From NCBI GenBank assembly GCA_000165345.1, contig CM000435.1:512001-576000 (forward strand): 64,000 bases of DNA. Reading direction: 5' to 3'. The notes below the pieces were generated by a model. That model was not told where the DNA came from. It made no database searches and saw nothing but the letters and a program-made list of their open reading frames with translations. Below, piece after piece: positions 28,588-39,542 of the stretch. Position 1 is the stretch's first letter. Each line of letters begins with the position of its first letter. A program made the position numbers and the translations under genes.

Positions 28588-31071
28588 ATGGAAGAAAAAT
28601 TAGACTTGAAGTCCAAATATGAAAAGTTGAGAAAAAAATACGCACAGCTAAAGCAACAAACAGTAGCTTTAAAAGAGTCATTAGAAACTAAGGAGAGTGA
28701 ATATAAATGTCTAAAAGTAAGTTTTGAAGAGCTAGAAAATACACATAAAGAATGTATTTCAAGACTTGATGCTTCGCAATACAAAGAAACGCAACTAAAA
28801 AGAGAAATAGAAGAAATAGTATGCCAACTAGAACAGTTTAAATCGCATGGAAACACAAAGCAGGATCAACCAGTTTGTCCAAATGGTAAAACCGGACAGG
28901 GGATTTTAACAGGGTTGCTTCCGATGAATGGGGTGATAATGAACTTCCAGAAAAATGAAAAATTGGAAGAGAAAGTTAAAGTTCTCCAAGAAGAACTAGA
29001 TTTAAAAATTCTCGAAAATGAACAGCTACACATCAAAGAATTTGATTTGAAAAGGCAACATCAAAAAGCAATTGAAGAACATCTTGCTGATAATGAAAAA
29101 CTTAAAAATGAAATAGAGAATTTGAATTTAGAGATTAATGAATTAAAGCTAAAGAGGGGAAACGAAGATGGCATTATAGATGAAATAAAACAGCTTAAAG
29201 AAAAAGATAAGGTTAATAGCCAAAAGATTAATGAATTATTGGAGAACAATTGTCAGAATGAAAACACTATTAATATTAAGCTAAATATTATGAGAAAGTT
29301 CATTCCCAGAGTCAATCTTTTACAACTAGAAGAAGAACATTCATCTTGGGCAAATATTTGCAAACAAAAGAATTGTTTTGCCTTTCTTAAGTTAGAGTCT
29401 TTAGTTTCTGAATTTCTCAAAAAGATATTAATTGTTGTTGAAAACTGGAGCAATTACATCAATTGCTATATATCAAAGCCCTCTTTACAAGACAAAATCA
29501 CTGAGCGTATTTACAAACAAATACTTATTCTTCTTAAAGAAGGGAATAAAGATTTAACAGATCTTTCCGGGGTAATTTTTCAAAACGGATTCATTTTGGA
29601 GCAGAATATTTCCGAATCAGCATTAAGTTGTATGAACGATCGAGATCAATTTAATAGCATAGAGATCAAAGATATATTAGTTGAAAGGTCAATAAGCGCA
29701 ATGATGTCAATTAAAAATGCACTAAGTTTACAAATTATTGCGTTTAAAATGGAATTTCATAAATTATCCGGATCAAAATTAGCATTTGAATTTCAAAATG
29801 AAAACAAAAAAGCTATCGAAAGATTATTTATTATTATTAGGAATTTACGAAAGTATTTACCCAAACTCAATTGCCTTTTTAACTTTGCTCTAAATCTTGG
29901 AAGAAAACCTGACTTAATCTACTCACACACTTTACGGACAAATTCATTTTATGTTGCGTTCATAGAATTGAGAAGAGAAATAAAAAATCAATTTGATAAC
30001 ATTTGCGTTGAAGTAGAAGAGAAAAAACAATTTTTTGATTTCGTGAAGAGAATATTGATAGAAGATGTAACTCTACAAGATGAAAATATATCTCTGAGCG
30101 AGTCATTTATCAATTCTCACAAAAAAATAATTGAATTAGAATCCATGAGGAAAATTTTACACTCAAAAATAAATTTTAAGATAAAAAATATCATTGAGCT
30201 CATTTCAACAGAATTAAACGATGCCTGTAGGATTTTTGAGTCACTTTTTTTCTCAGATAATATCGCTCATCCATTCTTCAGTGAAACCTCAAAAGATATA
30301 AAAAGCTCCTTCTTCGATTCTATAGTTGATCTATTTTGCTTACTAAATTGCAATAAAGAATTATTTATGAGGTTGGTTTCTTCACTGTATCAACATCCAT
30401 CAATAACTTGTCAAAGTAGCAATAATCTCAGTGAACTACAGATTAATATGAGAGAAACGAAAAGCAAACTCGAAGCTGCCCCTCCAAAGATAACACTTCC
30501 GGAATTGCATATTCTAAATAAAAGAATAGAGCAACTTGAGGAAAGTAAAAATGAACATCTTAAAACAATAAATAATCTAATGAACCAACTCAATACTGTA
30601 AATGAATCTTCAAACTTAAATGATCATAAGTCTGATTTTAAAAATGATTTGACATCTACAGAGATAATTCCTGTAAATTCAAGTTCAGAACCCAGTAAAA
30701 TATCAGAATTGAAGAAACAAAAGTGCGGAAACCAACCTCAGAAATATATTCATGAAGTTTTTGAATCTCAACTTAGAGAAGCAAATGAAACACTCGAAAA
30801 TACTGTAACTAGATTGCAGCATAGAATTAATGATCTGAATGATGATATTGAAGTAACCAGGCAGTCTTATGACGAACAAATTTCTCTATTAAGCCAGCAT
30901 ATCTGTTCGCTATCTGAAAAACTTGCGCTAACAGATGCATCCACATTATCATCTTTCAACCAAGAAATACTTTGTTATTCCTGTGAAAGCTGGTCCACAC
31001 TCGATTTAATTTTGAATAAAACAAAAGGGGCCTGCCAAAAATGTAAAACCAAATTATTAAGGCTAAAATAA
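28588..31071 (+). CDS. PPP1R21: PPP1R21-like coiled-coil protein (KLRAQ / TTKRSYEDQ family) with an extra C-terminal Cys4 motif
   Basis: 827-aa ATG ORF. N-terminal KYEKLRKKYAQLKQQ compares with human GKYQKLAQEYSKLRAQ, ENEQLHIKEF with ENERLHIQFF, and near-C-terminal EVTRQSYDEQISLLSQHICS with TTKRSYEDQLSMMSDHLCS (human sequences recalled from memory). Confidence 0.65.
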   Translation: MEEKLDLKSKYEKLRKKYAQLKQQTVALKESLETKESEYKCLKVSFEELENTHKECISRLDASQYKETQLKREIEEIVCQLEQFKSHGNTKQDQPVCPNGKTGQGILTGLLPMNGVIMNFQKNEKLEEKVKVLQEELDLKILENEQLHIKEFDLKRQHQKAIEEHLADNEKLKNEIENLNLEINELKLKRGNEDGIIDEIKQLKEKDKVNSQKINELLENNCQNENTINIKLNIMRKFIPRVNLLQLEEEHSSWANICKQKNCFAFLKLESLVSEFLKKILIVVENWSNYINCYISKPSLQDKITERIYKQILILLKEGNKDLTDLSGVIFQNGFILEQNISESALSCMNDRDQFNSIEIKDILVERSISAMMSIKNALSLQIIAFKMEFHKLSGSKLAFEFQNENKKAIERLFIIIRNLRKYLPKLNCLFNFALNLGRKPDLIYSHTLRTNSFYVAFIELRREIKNQFDNICVEVEEKKQFFDFVKRILIEDVTLQDENISLSESFINSHKKIIELESMRKILHSKINFKIKNIIELISTELNDACRIFESLFFSDNIAHPFFSETSKDIKSSFFDSIVDLFCLLNCNKELFMRLVSSLYQHPSITCQSSNNLSELQINMRETKSKLEAAPPKITLPELHILNKRIEQLEESKNEHLKTINNLMNQLNTVNESSNLNDHKSDFKNDLTSTEIIPVNSSSEPSKISELKKQKCGNQPQKYIHEVFESQLREANETLENTVTRLQHRINDLNDDIEVTRQSYDEQISLLSQHICSLSEKLALTDASTLSSFNQEILCYSCESWSTLDLILNKTKGACQKCKTKLLRLK

Positions 31072-31346
31072 CTTAAATGTTATTAATTATCATTGTGATT
31101 ATTATAAACGGATATAATTATAATTCAAGCTATTTAATCAAATAAATTATACAAAAATAGTAAAAACATTAAAACCTAAAACCTCTAATTCCTAAAAATT
31201 ATTTAATTTTAGTTGAAATCATTTATTCTGTATGAATATATTTCGAAATAGTTAATTTAAAAAAAAAGTTTCAACAGTCCTGAACAATTTAATCGGAATT
31301 ATGAATAATACTTTATATTAGCGAAATGAATTGAATTTTATACATG

Positions 31347-32981
31347 TTAATCTTCAAAAAATGAAGCAGTAGAAACTCGAGAATAGAAACTTTCTTTATT
31401 GTTATTTCTGGAGTGACACTTGTGAAATATAACTGTTGCTCTATTTTGGTCGGAGAGAACTTTTATATCACTCCAACTACCGTCCTTTTGACATACCCTA
31501 AGTGAAAAGAGAGATTTATATGAAAATAATACAATTGTACCTTCTGGATGTAATCCAAAACAGGATACAGTGGTAATAAAGCCATTATTATAAGAATTAG
31601 GGTTTCTTGGGTTCTTTCCATGAGGAGATATCATACAATGCTGCTTATATTCAGAATTAGAGAAAATTTCACGTTCGTTACAAACATGGTCTTTTCTTTT
31701 ATAATCATTTAAAAACTTTTCAGCTTCAATTGACCAGTAGAATAAAGCCTGCTGAGTTAATAAATCATCTTCATTATCCGCCCTGTTCATTAAAACAGGC
31801 GAACCAATGAAGGATAGTGAGCGGAATTCACTCATTTTAAGGGGAATAAAGGTGGATTGGAATGAAATAAATGGTCTCAGCCTAGAGAATAAAATTCGGC
31901 TTACCCTCGAAACAAGAGTTTTATCATTGCTATTGCTATTCTTTATCAAATTGGAATTGCTTCTGGTCACCTCTGAAAGATAGCAAACCGCATCATCCTT
32001 GAATTCAATAGCAAAATAAATTCCATAATTATTCAAAGACTTTAGTAAGGACTTACTGTCCAAGTCTTCTCTTGATTTGGCCATTAAAAAGTCGTGAATT
32101 TGTTTGTACTTTAAAATGACCCATTCCTTAAGTCTCTGACCAGCAATTTTCGGTATATCAGGAGGAACAAAGTTCGGAAATGTCTTAAATGAAAATCGAT
32201 CATCTTCTTTTATGTAAATAACATGGAGAGGCATAACTTCATTCTCTATTCCAATGAAAGAGATAGATGGAAGCCCATCTGGACGATTCTTCGGTATTGT
32301 TGCTTTTCCCATTTCAGTTTCTACCAAAAGCTCGTTAATTAAAATTCCTCTAGTCGCACCTTCTAATTCACTGTTATTTACACCTTTAATCAAGCTTGGT
32401 ACAACTATTTCTTTAAAGGTTGGCCCGTAAGATTTCTTTTTAGAAATTTCATTACCACCTTTTTTAATAACGCTAAAGAAATCGAGGAATGTTTGAGTTA
32501 TTTGGTTTTGAGAATCTCTTGGAGTTAATTTATCGCGTGCTAAACTATGAGAGACTTTCGTATGAGTACCCCAATCAAACATTTGACTTTTACTTTGTTC
32601 AGGTTTACACGGCTTCCTCAGGTTGCTGGCATTAACATCAGAAACAGCTTCCCTTTTAGCTTTTGGGCTTGGAGTGCTAGTTACAGGTATGCTGGAATTA
32701 TTTTCCGAAGCTGGATTTTCAGGGTCAAAGTATTTTAAGTCTTCAGCATTTAATAACATCCCAAAAAATGTGTCGAATGGATTTTTTCCATGATTATCTG
32801 GCTTTTTCCCCCTATTTAAAATTTCGGAAAGTTTTTGCTTAAAATTTTCTTTACAACCAACATTTGTTTCGTTACTTAATTGATTACTGGAAGAAGTCTT
32901 TGGATTTCCATGAGCAAAGTTCAACAATAATACAAGTCCAATAAATGGCGTCAAAAATCTTAATTTAGAGTTGTATCTCAT
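31347..32981 (-). CDS. Secreted protein, unknown function
   Basis: 544-aa ATG ORF with signal-like MRYNSKLRFLTPFIGLVLLLNFAHG. No family recognised. Confidence 0.55.
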   Translation of the reverse strand: MRYNSKLRFLTPFIGLVLLLNFAHGNPKTSSSNQLSNETNVGCKENFKQKLSEILNRGKKPDNHGKNPFDTFFGMLLNAEDLKYFDPENPASENNSSIPVTSTPSPKAKREAVSDVNASNLRKPCKPEQSKSQMFDWGTHTKVSHSLARDKLTPRDSQNQITQTFLDFFSVIKKGGNEISKKKSYGPTFKEIVVPSLIKGVNNSELEGATRGILINELLVETEMGKATIPKNRPDGLPSISFIGIENEVMPLHVIYIKEDDRFSFKTFPNFVPPDIPKIAGQRLKEWVILKYKQIHDFLMAKSREDLDSKSLLKSLNNYGIYFAIEFKDDAVCYLSEVTRSNSNLIKNSNSNDKTLVSRVSRILFSRLRPFISFQSTFIPLKMSEFRSLSFIGSPVLMNRADNEDDLLTQQALFYWSIEAEKFLNDYKRKDHVCNEREIFSNSEYKQHCMISPHGKNPRNPNSYNNGFITTVSCFGLHPEGTIVLFSYKSLFSLRVCQKDGSWSDIKVLSDQNRATVIFHKCHSRNNNKESFYSRVSTASFFED

Positions 32982-33508
32982 ACTCGCATTTTAGCCTGCT
33001 TCTATATTGTTAAAAGCTCCAGGTATATTGTAATTATAAAAAAGAAAGATACTACTTGAGCAATTTTGACTAAAACAAGTCTATTCAAGAAATTAGACTT
33101 TATTCCTATAATTTATTTCCGTATATTTAAGAGTATCCTTATAGTCAATCCAATACCTGTATTTTTGATTGCGGCGGGAACAATTTTGGACATGCTCAGT
33201 AAAATCTAAAAATATTATTTGAAACATATTTTGGAGCAAATAAATATAAATGTAGTCAAATTAACGCACTAAATCGTATAATAAAGCATTAAAGCAATAC
33301 AAACAATTAGGAGAAGGAACAAAATATTCAACTCCTTGTTGAAATGCAACAGAACTATTAAGGAGAGGCACGGCTAATTTTGTAGAGTTTGGATATTATT
33401 AATGGAATTTATGGCAAATTTACAGTAAGGGCTCAATGGTATTTATAAAATTAGTCAAAGTATTCGAATAAGGAAAAGTAAGCGCCCCTAACAAAAATAA
33501 CTAGTGTT

Positions 33509-33520
33509 GAGACGGCGTCT
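33509..33520. promoter_or_regulatory. GAGACGGCGTCT near-palindrome upstream of uS3
   Basis: It lies 285 bp upstream of the ATG at 33804. It shares the GGCGTCT / GAGACG core with the motifs at 10476-10486 and 38130-38140. Confidence 0.3.
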
Positions 33521-33803
33521 TGTGTCTACAAGTGTATTAAATAAGACGATGGCAGCTAGAGACTATGTGATCATTCAATTAAAGGGGAAAACTGAAGAAT
33601 TTAGTTGAATAATTAGTTGAAGTAATTAAATAACATTATTTTTAAATTATTCAAAGGCGCTAACTCAATACTTTTATTCAAAACACTAATTTTTTCTATT
33701 GAATTAATAACAAAGGAATAAGACGCAAGGAAGACCCATTTTCTTTAAAGCAGGAATTTAGGTAGTTTTATTTAAAAATTGGAAAATTCAAATTTAGGCT
33801 AAA

Positions 33804-34469
33804 ATGGCACCTCAGTTAATTTCCAAGAAGCGTAAATTTATTAATGATGGAGTATTTGAGGCAGAATTGAACGAATTCCTCTCTTGTACTCTTGCAGAGG
33901 ATGGTTATGCAGGCGTTGAAGTAAGAGTAACTCCAATTAAGACTGAGATCATCATTAGAGCAACTCGCACACGAGAAGTTCTTGGTGTTAAGGGCCGTAG
34001 AATTCGTGAATTAACTTCTCTTATTCAAAAGAGATTCAACTTTCCAGAGGGAAGCGTCGAACTTTTCGCTGAACGCATTGAGAATAGAGGACTTTGCGCT
34101 ATGGCTCAGGCTGAGTCCTTACGCTATAAGCTACTCAAGGGTGTTGCCGTTAGAAGAGCATGCTATGGTGTATTACGCCACGTTATGGAATCGGGTGCTA
34201 AGGGATGCGAGGTCATTGTTTCTGGTAAACTCAGAGCTCAGAGAGCAAAGAGCATGAAATTCAGAGATGGTTATATGATTGCTACTGGTCAGCCTTTCAG
34301 AGACTTTGTCGACAAGGCAGTTCGTAATGTTATGATGAAACAGGGTGTATTGGGAGTGCAGGTAAAGATTATGCTTCCATATGACCCAGAAGGTAAAACT
34401 GGTCCATCTAAGCCACTACCTGACGCTGTTATGGTTAGAGAACCTAAAGAATACCCCATTAATCAGTAG
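33804..34469 (+). CDS. RPS3: 40S ribosomal protein S3 (uS3)
   Basis: 221-aa ATG ORF starting [21 protein letters not shown] domain and uS3 C-domain are present, with full-length similarity. Confidence 0.95.
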   Translation: MAPQLISKKRKFINDGVFEAELNEFLSCTLAEDGYAGVEVRVTPIKTEIIIRATRTREVLGVKGRRIRELTSLIQKRFNFPEGSVELFAERIENRGLCAMAQAESLRYKLLKGVAVRRACYGVLRHVMESGAKGCEVIVSGKLRAQRAKSMKFRDGYMIATGQPFRDFVDKAVRNVMMKQGVLGVQVKIMLPYDPEGKTGPSKPLPDAVMVREPKEYPINQ

Positions 34470-34709
34470 AACGGAATGTTGTCTATCATAACTAGAATTA
34501 TTATTCAAAATTAGGCTAAGGGTCTTTTCTATGAAAAGATCAAGTCATTGTCCCAATTTTAATTCTTATCTCACTTGTTAGTCCCTTTTCGTATATTTTT
34601 ATTTTTGCCCAATTTTTCCTTTTTGAAATGTTTTCCAATTTGTTTAGTGTATTGGTTTGCGTTAACGCGCACTAAACGATAACTCCGAGATCAGTCATAA
34701 GTTTGTAAG

Positions 34710-35708
34710 ATGATTGGGTTACAAGAGCTATGCGAAATTTATTGGATGGAATTAATAGCATTCTGGGTTCTGTTAATTATGGTTATTGTACTGCTAAGAG
34801 GGATTAGGTCAAACTATGAGGTCGCAATTAACTGGTTTAAGTCTTCTCAAGAATTTTTAGAGTCCAATTTTAGCAGATCAGCATTAATAAAAAAATCATT
34901 TTGGCTGGATTCCTGGAGTCAATTCGATATTTTTGCAACAGGAAGAAAAAATTGCCCATTTATGTATATGAATGTCATTTGTAAGCCAAGGCAAGATTTA
35001 CTTACAGGAATTTTATTACAGCCTTTGTTAAGAAACTATGATAAGGTGTATATTGAAATTCCCATTGAGAAAATGGAGCCAATTATGCTATTGGTATGTA
35101 GTAAAGGTGAACTCAAAAGTGCTTTAATTGACTATCCAGAAATAGAAATTCACTGCTCTCAAAAGAAAATAAATCTTTCTAAGAACATTGTTTATGCCAA
35201 CAGCAATGCATGCGTTGAGTATATATTAACTTCTGGTTCATTTTCAAAGTTCATTTCCTCGCAATTAGCAGAAAGGCTTGTAAATTATATTTATATCTCT
35301 GATCAAACTACGTGTCCAAGGCTAACTAATAGCTATTCAAAAATTACAAGCGTGTTAAAGGCATGCATTAGAGTCCCTTCTAAAGATGATATTGATTTTA
35401 TGAGCCATAATAATTTAAACTTGAATTATCTTTTTAAAAATATTTTATCTCTTTGCGAGACTCTTCAAACTCTAGAACTTCCAGAGAAGACAATTCAGCA
35501 TATAAACAACAATAGATTGCAAATTGAAAAAACATTCTCTAAAATGAATAATAATGGGGTAAATGAGAAGGTTGAGGCCAAAAGACGAGAGAAAATTCGA
35601 TCTGAAGCTATTAAAGTAAGCAGAATGAGCCCAAAAGAGCAAAAAAAATATCAAGAGAAAAAGGATAAGCAACAGGCCAGATCTAGAATTAAATTGAAAA
35701 AAGTATAA
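34710..35708 (+). CDS. CCDC47: CCDC47-like (DUF1682) ER membrane protein
   Basis: 332-aa ATG ORF with an N-terminal TM ELIAFWVLLIMVIVLL. The DUF1682-type block NYEVAINWF...FATGRKNCPFMYMNVICKPRQDLL is followed by a lysine-rich coiled C-terminus. Confidence 0.6.
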   Translation: MIGLQELCEIYWMELIAFWVLLIMVIVLLRGIRSNYEVAINWFKSSQEFLESNFSRSALIKKSFWLDSWSQFDIFATGRKNCPFMYMNVICKPRQDLLTGILLQPLLRNYDKVYIEIPIEKMEPIMLLVCSKGELKSALIDYPEIEIHCSQKKINLSKNIVYANSNACVEYILTSGSFSKFISSQLAERLVNYIYISDQTTCPRLTNSYSKITSVLKACIRVPSKDDIDFMSHNNLNLNYLFKNILSLCETLQTLELPEKTIQHINNNRLQIEKTFSKMNNNGVNEKVEAKRREKIRSEAIKVSRMSPKEQKKYQEKKDKQQARSRIKLKKV

Positions 35709-35835
35709 ACTTGACACCTGCGAGCTAATTTTTAGAACATTTGTTATCCTATATAATAAAATTTCAATCCACTATTAATTGTTAGACTTGAATATTTTCT
35801 TAAAGCCTAAAATAACTATGATATGTTGATATTTC

Positions 35836-36954
35836 TCAACCTTTATAGCTGAATGTTAAATTATTGAGATTAGAATTTGGAAGCGTTGTATTATTATTTG
35901 ATCTACTCTGTTGCACATTTTTTCTGTAAGTTGGAGAGGCGAGAGGCGAAAACCCAATCGGAGACGCAAGTCCTTCCGCAGATTTTTGCTCAATATACCT
36001 TACTACGGATGGATTTGGAGTAACTGTGTACTTTGCACTAGAACTTATTTGGCTGTAGCTAGTTGGGGAGAACATTTGCTGTGGACTTGAGGGGCTGAAT
36101 TTGTTTATCGATTTGGCCGATACAGGGGATGCTAATGCATCACCAATTCCTCCATTTGACATAAGATTTGAATTAGGCCATACAGTTCTCCAGGATGTTC
36201 CTTGAACGTTAGTATTGTTGTAAACTCTAGATTGTGGTGAAGTTGCAGGAAAAGCTCCGCTTTTAGCAGTATTTTGTACTCTATATGAATTTATGGAACT
36301 TTCCACAAGATTAGTATTAACTCTCACAAATCTTGGAGAAGATGCCGGAATATTTTTATCTTTAGAGCTTGTTTTGACCTCTTGAAAATTTGACTTGTAG
36401 TTGGATTGAGATTTATTATTAAAAGAAGATGAATTTGAAGAAACATAGTTTTGTTGTCTTGTCTGGGCATTTGATACATTTGGAGAAGCGATTTTTGAAA
36501 GTTCCAAGTTAGGGACGCTTTGAATTTGCCCCTTTTCTATAATACTTGCTGCTTCAGATTCCACATTTCGAGAATTATCTTGGGATTTTGAAGATGAGCT
36601 CGCAAGGTTTTTGCTTTCACTGTTTTTTCGTGAATATTTATTATTATTTGAAGTTTCAGATTTACCATCATATTTCTTTGGCTTATCTCCATTAATTTGG
36701 GAAATACTTTTGTTACCACAAGGCTCTTGCCTTAATTCATTTAAAAGAGAAGCATTGAGAACTAATTGATTTGGAATAAAGCCTGTATTGAAATATGATG
36801 GAGTTCTTTTATTGGAGCTATCTAAAACAGAATTTAGGCTTGAAACTGAGCTTTCAAGCCCTATTTTCGGAATTCTAGACTCATCCAAGCCAACTTTAGC
36901 CTCCATTTCGTATATTAATGTAAATATACTTAAAGCTCTTTCAATAATAAACAT
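35836..36954 (-). CDS. Ser/Asn-rich low-complexity protein, unknown function
   Basis: 372-aa ATG ORF. Its strongly biased composition prevents a family call. An alternative start at MEAKVG (36909) is possible. Confidence 0.45.
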   Translation of the reverse strand: MFIIERALSIFTLIYEMEAKVGLDESRIPKIGLESSVSSLNSVLDSSNKRTPSYFNTGFIPNQLVLNASLLNELRQEPCGNKSISQINGDKPKKYDGKSETSNNNKYSRKNSESKNLASSSSKSQDNSRNVESEAASIIEKGQIQSVPNLELSKIASPNVSNAQTRQQNYVSSNSSSFNNKSQSNYKSNFQEVKTSSKDKNIPASSPRFVRVNTNLVESSINSYRVQNTAKSGAFPATSPQSRVYNNTNVQGTSWRTVWPNSNLMSNGGIGDALASPVSAKSINKFSPSSPQQMFSPTSYSQISSSAKYTVTPNPSVVRYIEQKSAEGLASPIGFSPLASPTYRKNVQQSRSNNNTTLPNSNLNNLTFSYKG

Positions 36955-37132
36955 TTTTAAAGGTTGATTTTTGCAAGCAATATAAACTATTATATCTATA
37001 TTTATATAGATATATAGAATTTTCAGGATTCACTGTGTAAAACTATATTAATTCAAACTTATTTTTGTTTTTCATAACATATTCTTGCAACGTTGGGTCA
37101 CAGATAGACATCACACAACATTAAAGTAATGG

Positions 37133-37141
37133 TTTGGCGCC
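37133..37141. promoter_or_regulatory. E2F-type TTTGGCGCC site
   Basis: ggTTTGGCGCCtat, about 180 bp upstream of the ATG at 36954 on the minus strand. Confidence 0.3.
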
Positions 37142-37623
37142 TATTCATTTTCAGATCAAATTGCATATCTCAAATTTAATGCTTAAATATTAAGAACGAT
37201 TTGTCCTTATTTTGAGCAATCAACATATTACAGATATCATCGAGGCTACTAAGATCTCCGCGGAAATTCCGAAAAAAGAGCAAAACTCATGCAACAAAAG
37301 GCCTGGCTCAGCTACTAGCAGGAGAATCAATAATAGTGTAAAAACCTTTAAAACTAGGTCTCTAAATGACAGATAAGGAAATAAAACTATAGTACAGTAG
37401 AAATTCAGGAGAGGTAGTTTCGTTCAAATAAGAGTTAGTAGTTTCTAGATATAAATTATATCATAATACGAGTACTTCCTGAGATCTGGATCAAGAGTTA
37501 AATCCAACTTCCTGATAAAAGCCGTTGTAAAGCTCATGGTTTGTCATAACCCTAATCCAAAGGATAAATAAGAGGTGGCAAGGCATCTCTGCTCCGAGTA
37601 TTATTAATATCATATTAAGTAGT

Positions 37624-38022
<399 letters not shown>

Positions 38023-38120
38023 CTAGTTTAAAAACAAACTTTCTATTAACAACTTCAATGATAATTCGTCTTGCTTTGAAGCAATTTACTGTCAAGCCCG
38101 CATCTTTTCCGTGTTGAGTT

Positions 38121-38140
38121 CCTTAGACTATGGCGTCTCG
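38121..38140 (+). promoter_or_regulatory. CCTTAGAC + ATGGCGTCTCG module (exact copy of the uL2 promoter elements)
   Basis: ttCCTTAGACtATGGCGTCTCGgagtctcgtc. It lies 111-130 bp upstream of the ubiquitin-eL40 ATG on the opposite strand and about 670 bp upstream of FCF1 on the same strand. Confidence 0.4.
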
Positions 38141-38805
38141 GAGTCTCGTCTTCTGGCGGGTCGTGCTAAATACCTTTTAAAACTTCTTTCTATAGTAACT
38201 GAGTGATTCTTCTTCTTATTCTAGATCAATTATATTTTGTAATCATTTTAGAATTTATATATTTTGAGACTGCCATCTGCGCATTTATCTATGGCATGAA
38301 TCCCAGGGTTTCATCGGACTTTCATGATGGAAACTGAAACTAAAACTGAGTGTTTATACAAGTTTCACAACTTGTACTAAGCAATATTCATGCCGACATT
38401 AAACATAATTGGTGACATTTTGTTTTACATTGCCACCTCAAAGGAGTAATCAGGACCCAATTATTAATCATTTGAGTTATTGAGGTAGTTATTGCTCCTA
38501 AATATTTTTATTCACTTCATTTGAGAAGCCAGATGTTTATGAGATTTCTTAAAATAGATAGGCCAGTCTAGTTATATGTCTTTACTAATATGTTCAATTC
38601 CGAATGATATTGTTTTCTTCTCTAGGCTAAATTTAATTTCTTCTATTGAACTGCATTCCCGCTCGATCCTTCATACATTTCCTTGACCTGCTGAATATTT
38701 TCTGTAGAAATGATAGATTTATTATTCAAACAAATAGTTGGATAATAAAATAAATTAATGATTATAACTATAGTTCAATTGTATTAACTTCTGTTTTTAA
38801 GCTAA

Positions 38806-39542
38806 ATGGTATGTCAAAAAAGTCCACTGAAGATTTTTATTATTAATTTGCAGGGTGTAGCTAAAAGAACTAGAAAATTTGCAGCGGTGAAACGCATTTT
38901 GAACCCCAATGATAGTAGAGTTAAACAGTAAGTTAACCAAGAAGTTCACTTTCAGCAAATATTTCAATTTCATGTAGAAATAAGCAAAGTAACAAAGTAG
39001 ATGCCCGCAATGATAGTAATGATAAACTAAGAGAAGTGTAAGTTTTAAAACTATTAAACCGTTCTTAATAATATTCCTTTAGGCCAAATGTACCTTCTAG
39101 CTTGTTTTTCAATTATAACAATAATTTGGGCCCTCCCTTCCACATCCTACTCGATACCAATTTTATTAACTTTTCTATACAGCATAAACTAGATATATTT
39201 AAGGGAACAATGGATTGCCTCGTAGCTAAGTGTATCCCTTGCATTACTGATTGTGTAATAGGGGAACTCGAAAAGATGGGTCACCGTTACAACTTGGCTT
39301 TGAAACTAGCTAGAGATCCCAGATTCAAACGTCTGCACTGTCTGCATAAAGGGACTTATGCGGACGATTGCATAGTGCAAAGAGTAACTGAACATAAATG
39401 TTACATAGTGGGAACGAATGATACCGAACTAAAGAGGCGCATACGTAGAATACCAGGCGTCCCAATAATGTATGTTACCAACCATAAATATTCGATTGAG
39501 AGACTACCGGAATCACTAGTCTCTGTTCCGCTGAAAAAGTAG
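38806..39542 (+). CDS. FCF1: rRNA-processing PIN-domain protein FCF1, four exons; exon 1 is the ATG only
   Basis: Exons 38806-38808, 38854-38927, 38978-39037 and 39083-39542, giving 198 aa. Introns are 45, 50 and 45 nt (GTATGT, GTAAGT, GTAAGT). The spliced product M|GVAKRTRKFAAVKRILNP...REVPNVPSSLFFNYNNNLGPPFHILLDTNFINFSI... is colinear with the 198-aa human FCF1 (recalled from memory). Confidence 0.85.

Noticed and set aside
28364-28856. Two overlapping minus-strand ORFs (28364-28681 and 28491-28856), spanning the promoter and the 5' end of the PPP1R21-like gene.
   Set aside because: They overlap each other and the homology-supported plus-strand gene. Their products are Leu/Phe/Ser/Ile-rich strings characteristic of random AT-rich frames. 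The true neighbouring minus-strand gene already starts at 28292.
38322-38346. A possible C/D-box snoRNA (ATGATGG ... CTGA ... CTGA) in the long eL40 / FCF1 spacer, with an 8-bp hairpin nearby at 38357-38376.
   Set aside because: The C box lacks the conserved final A (UGAUGG rather than UGAUGA). The boxes are only a few nucleotides apart, there is no terminal stem, and no guide region can be defined.
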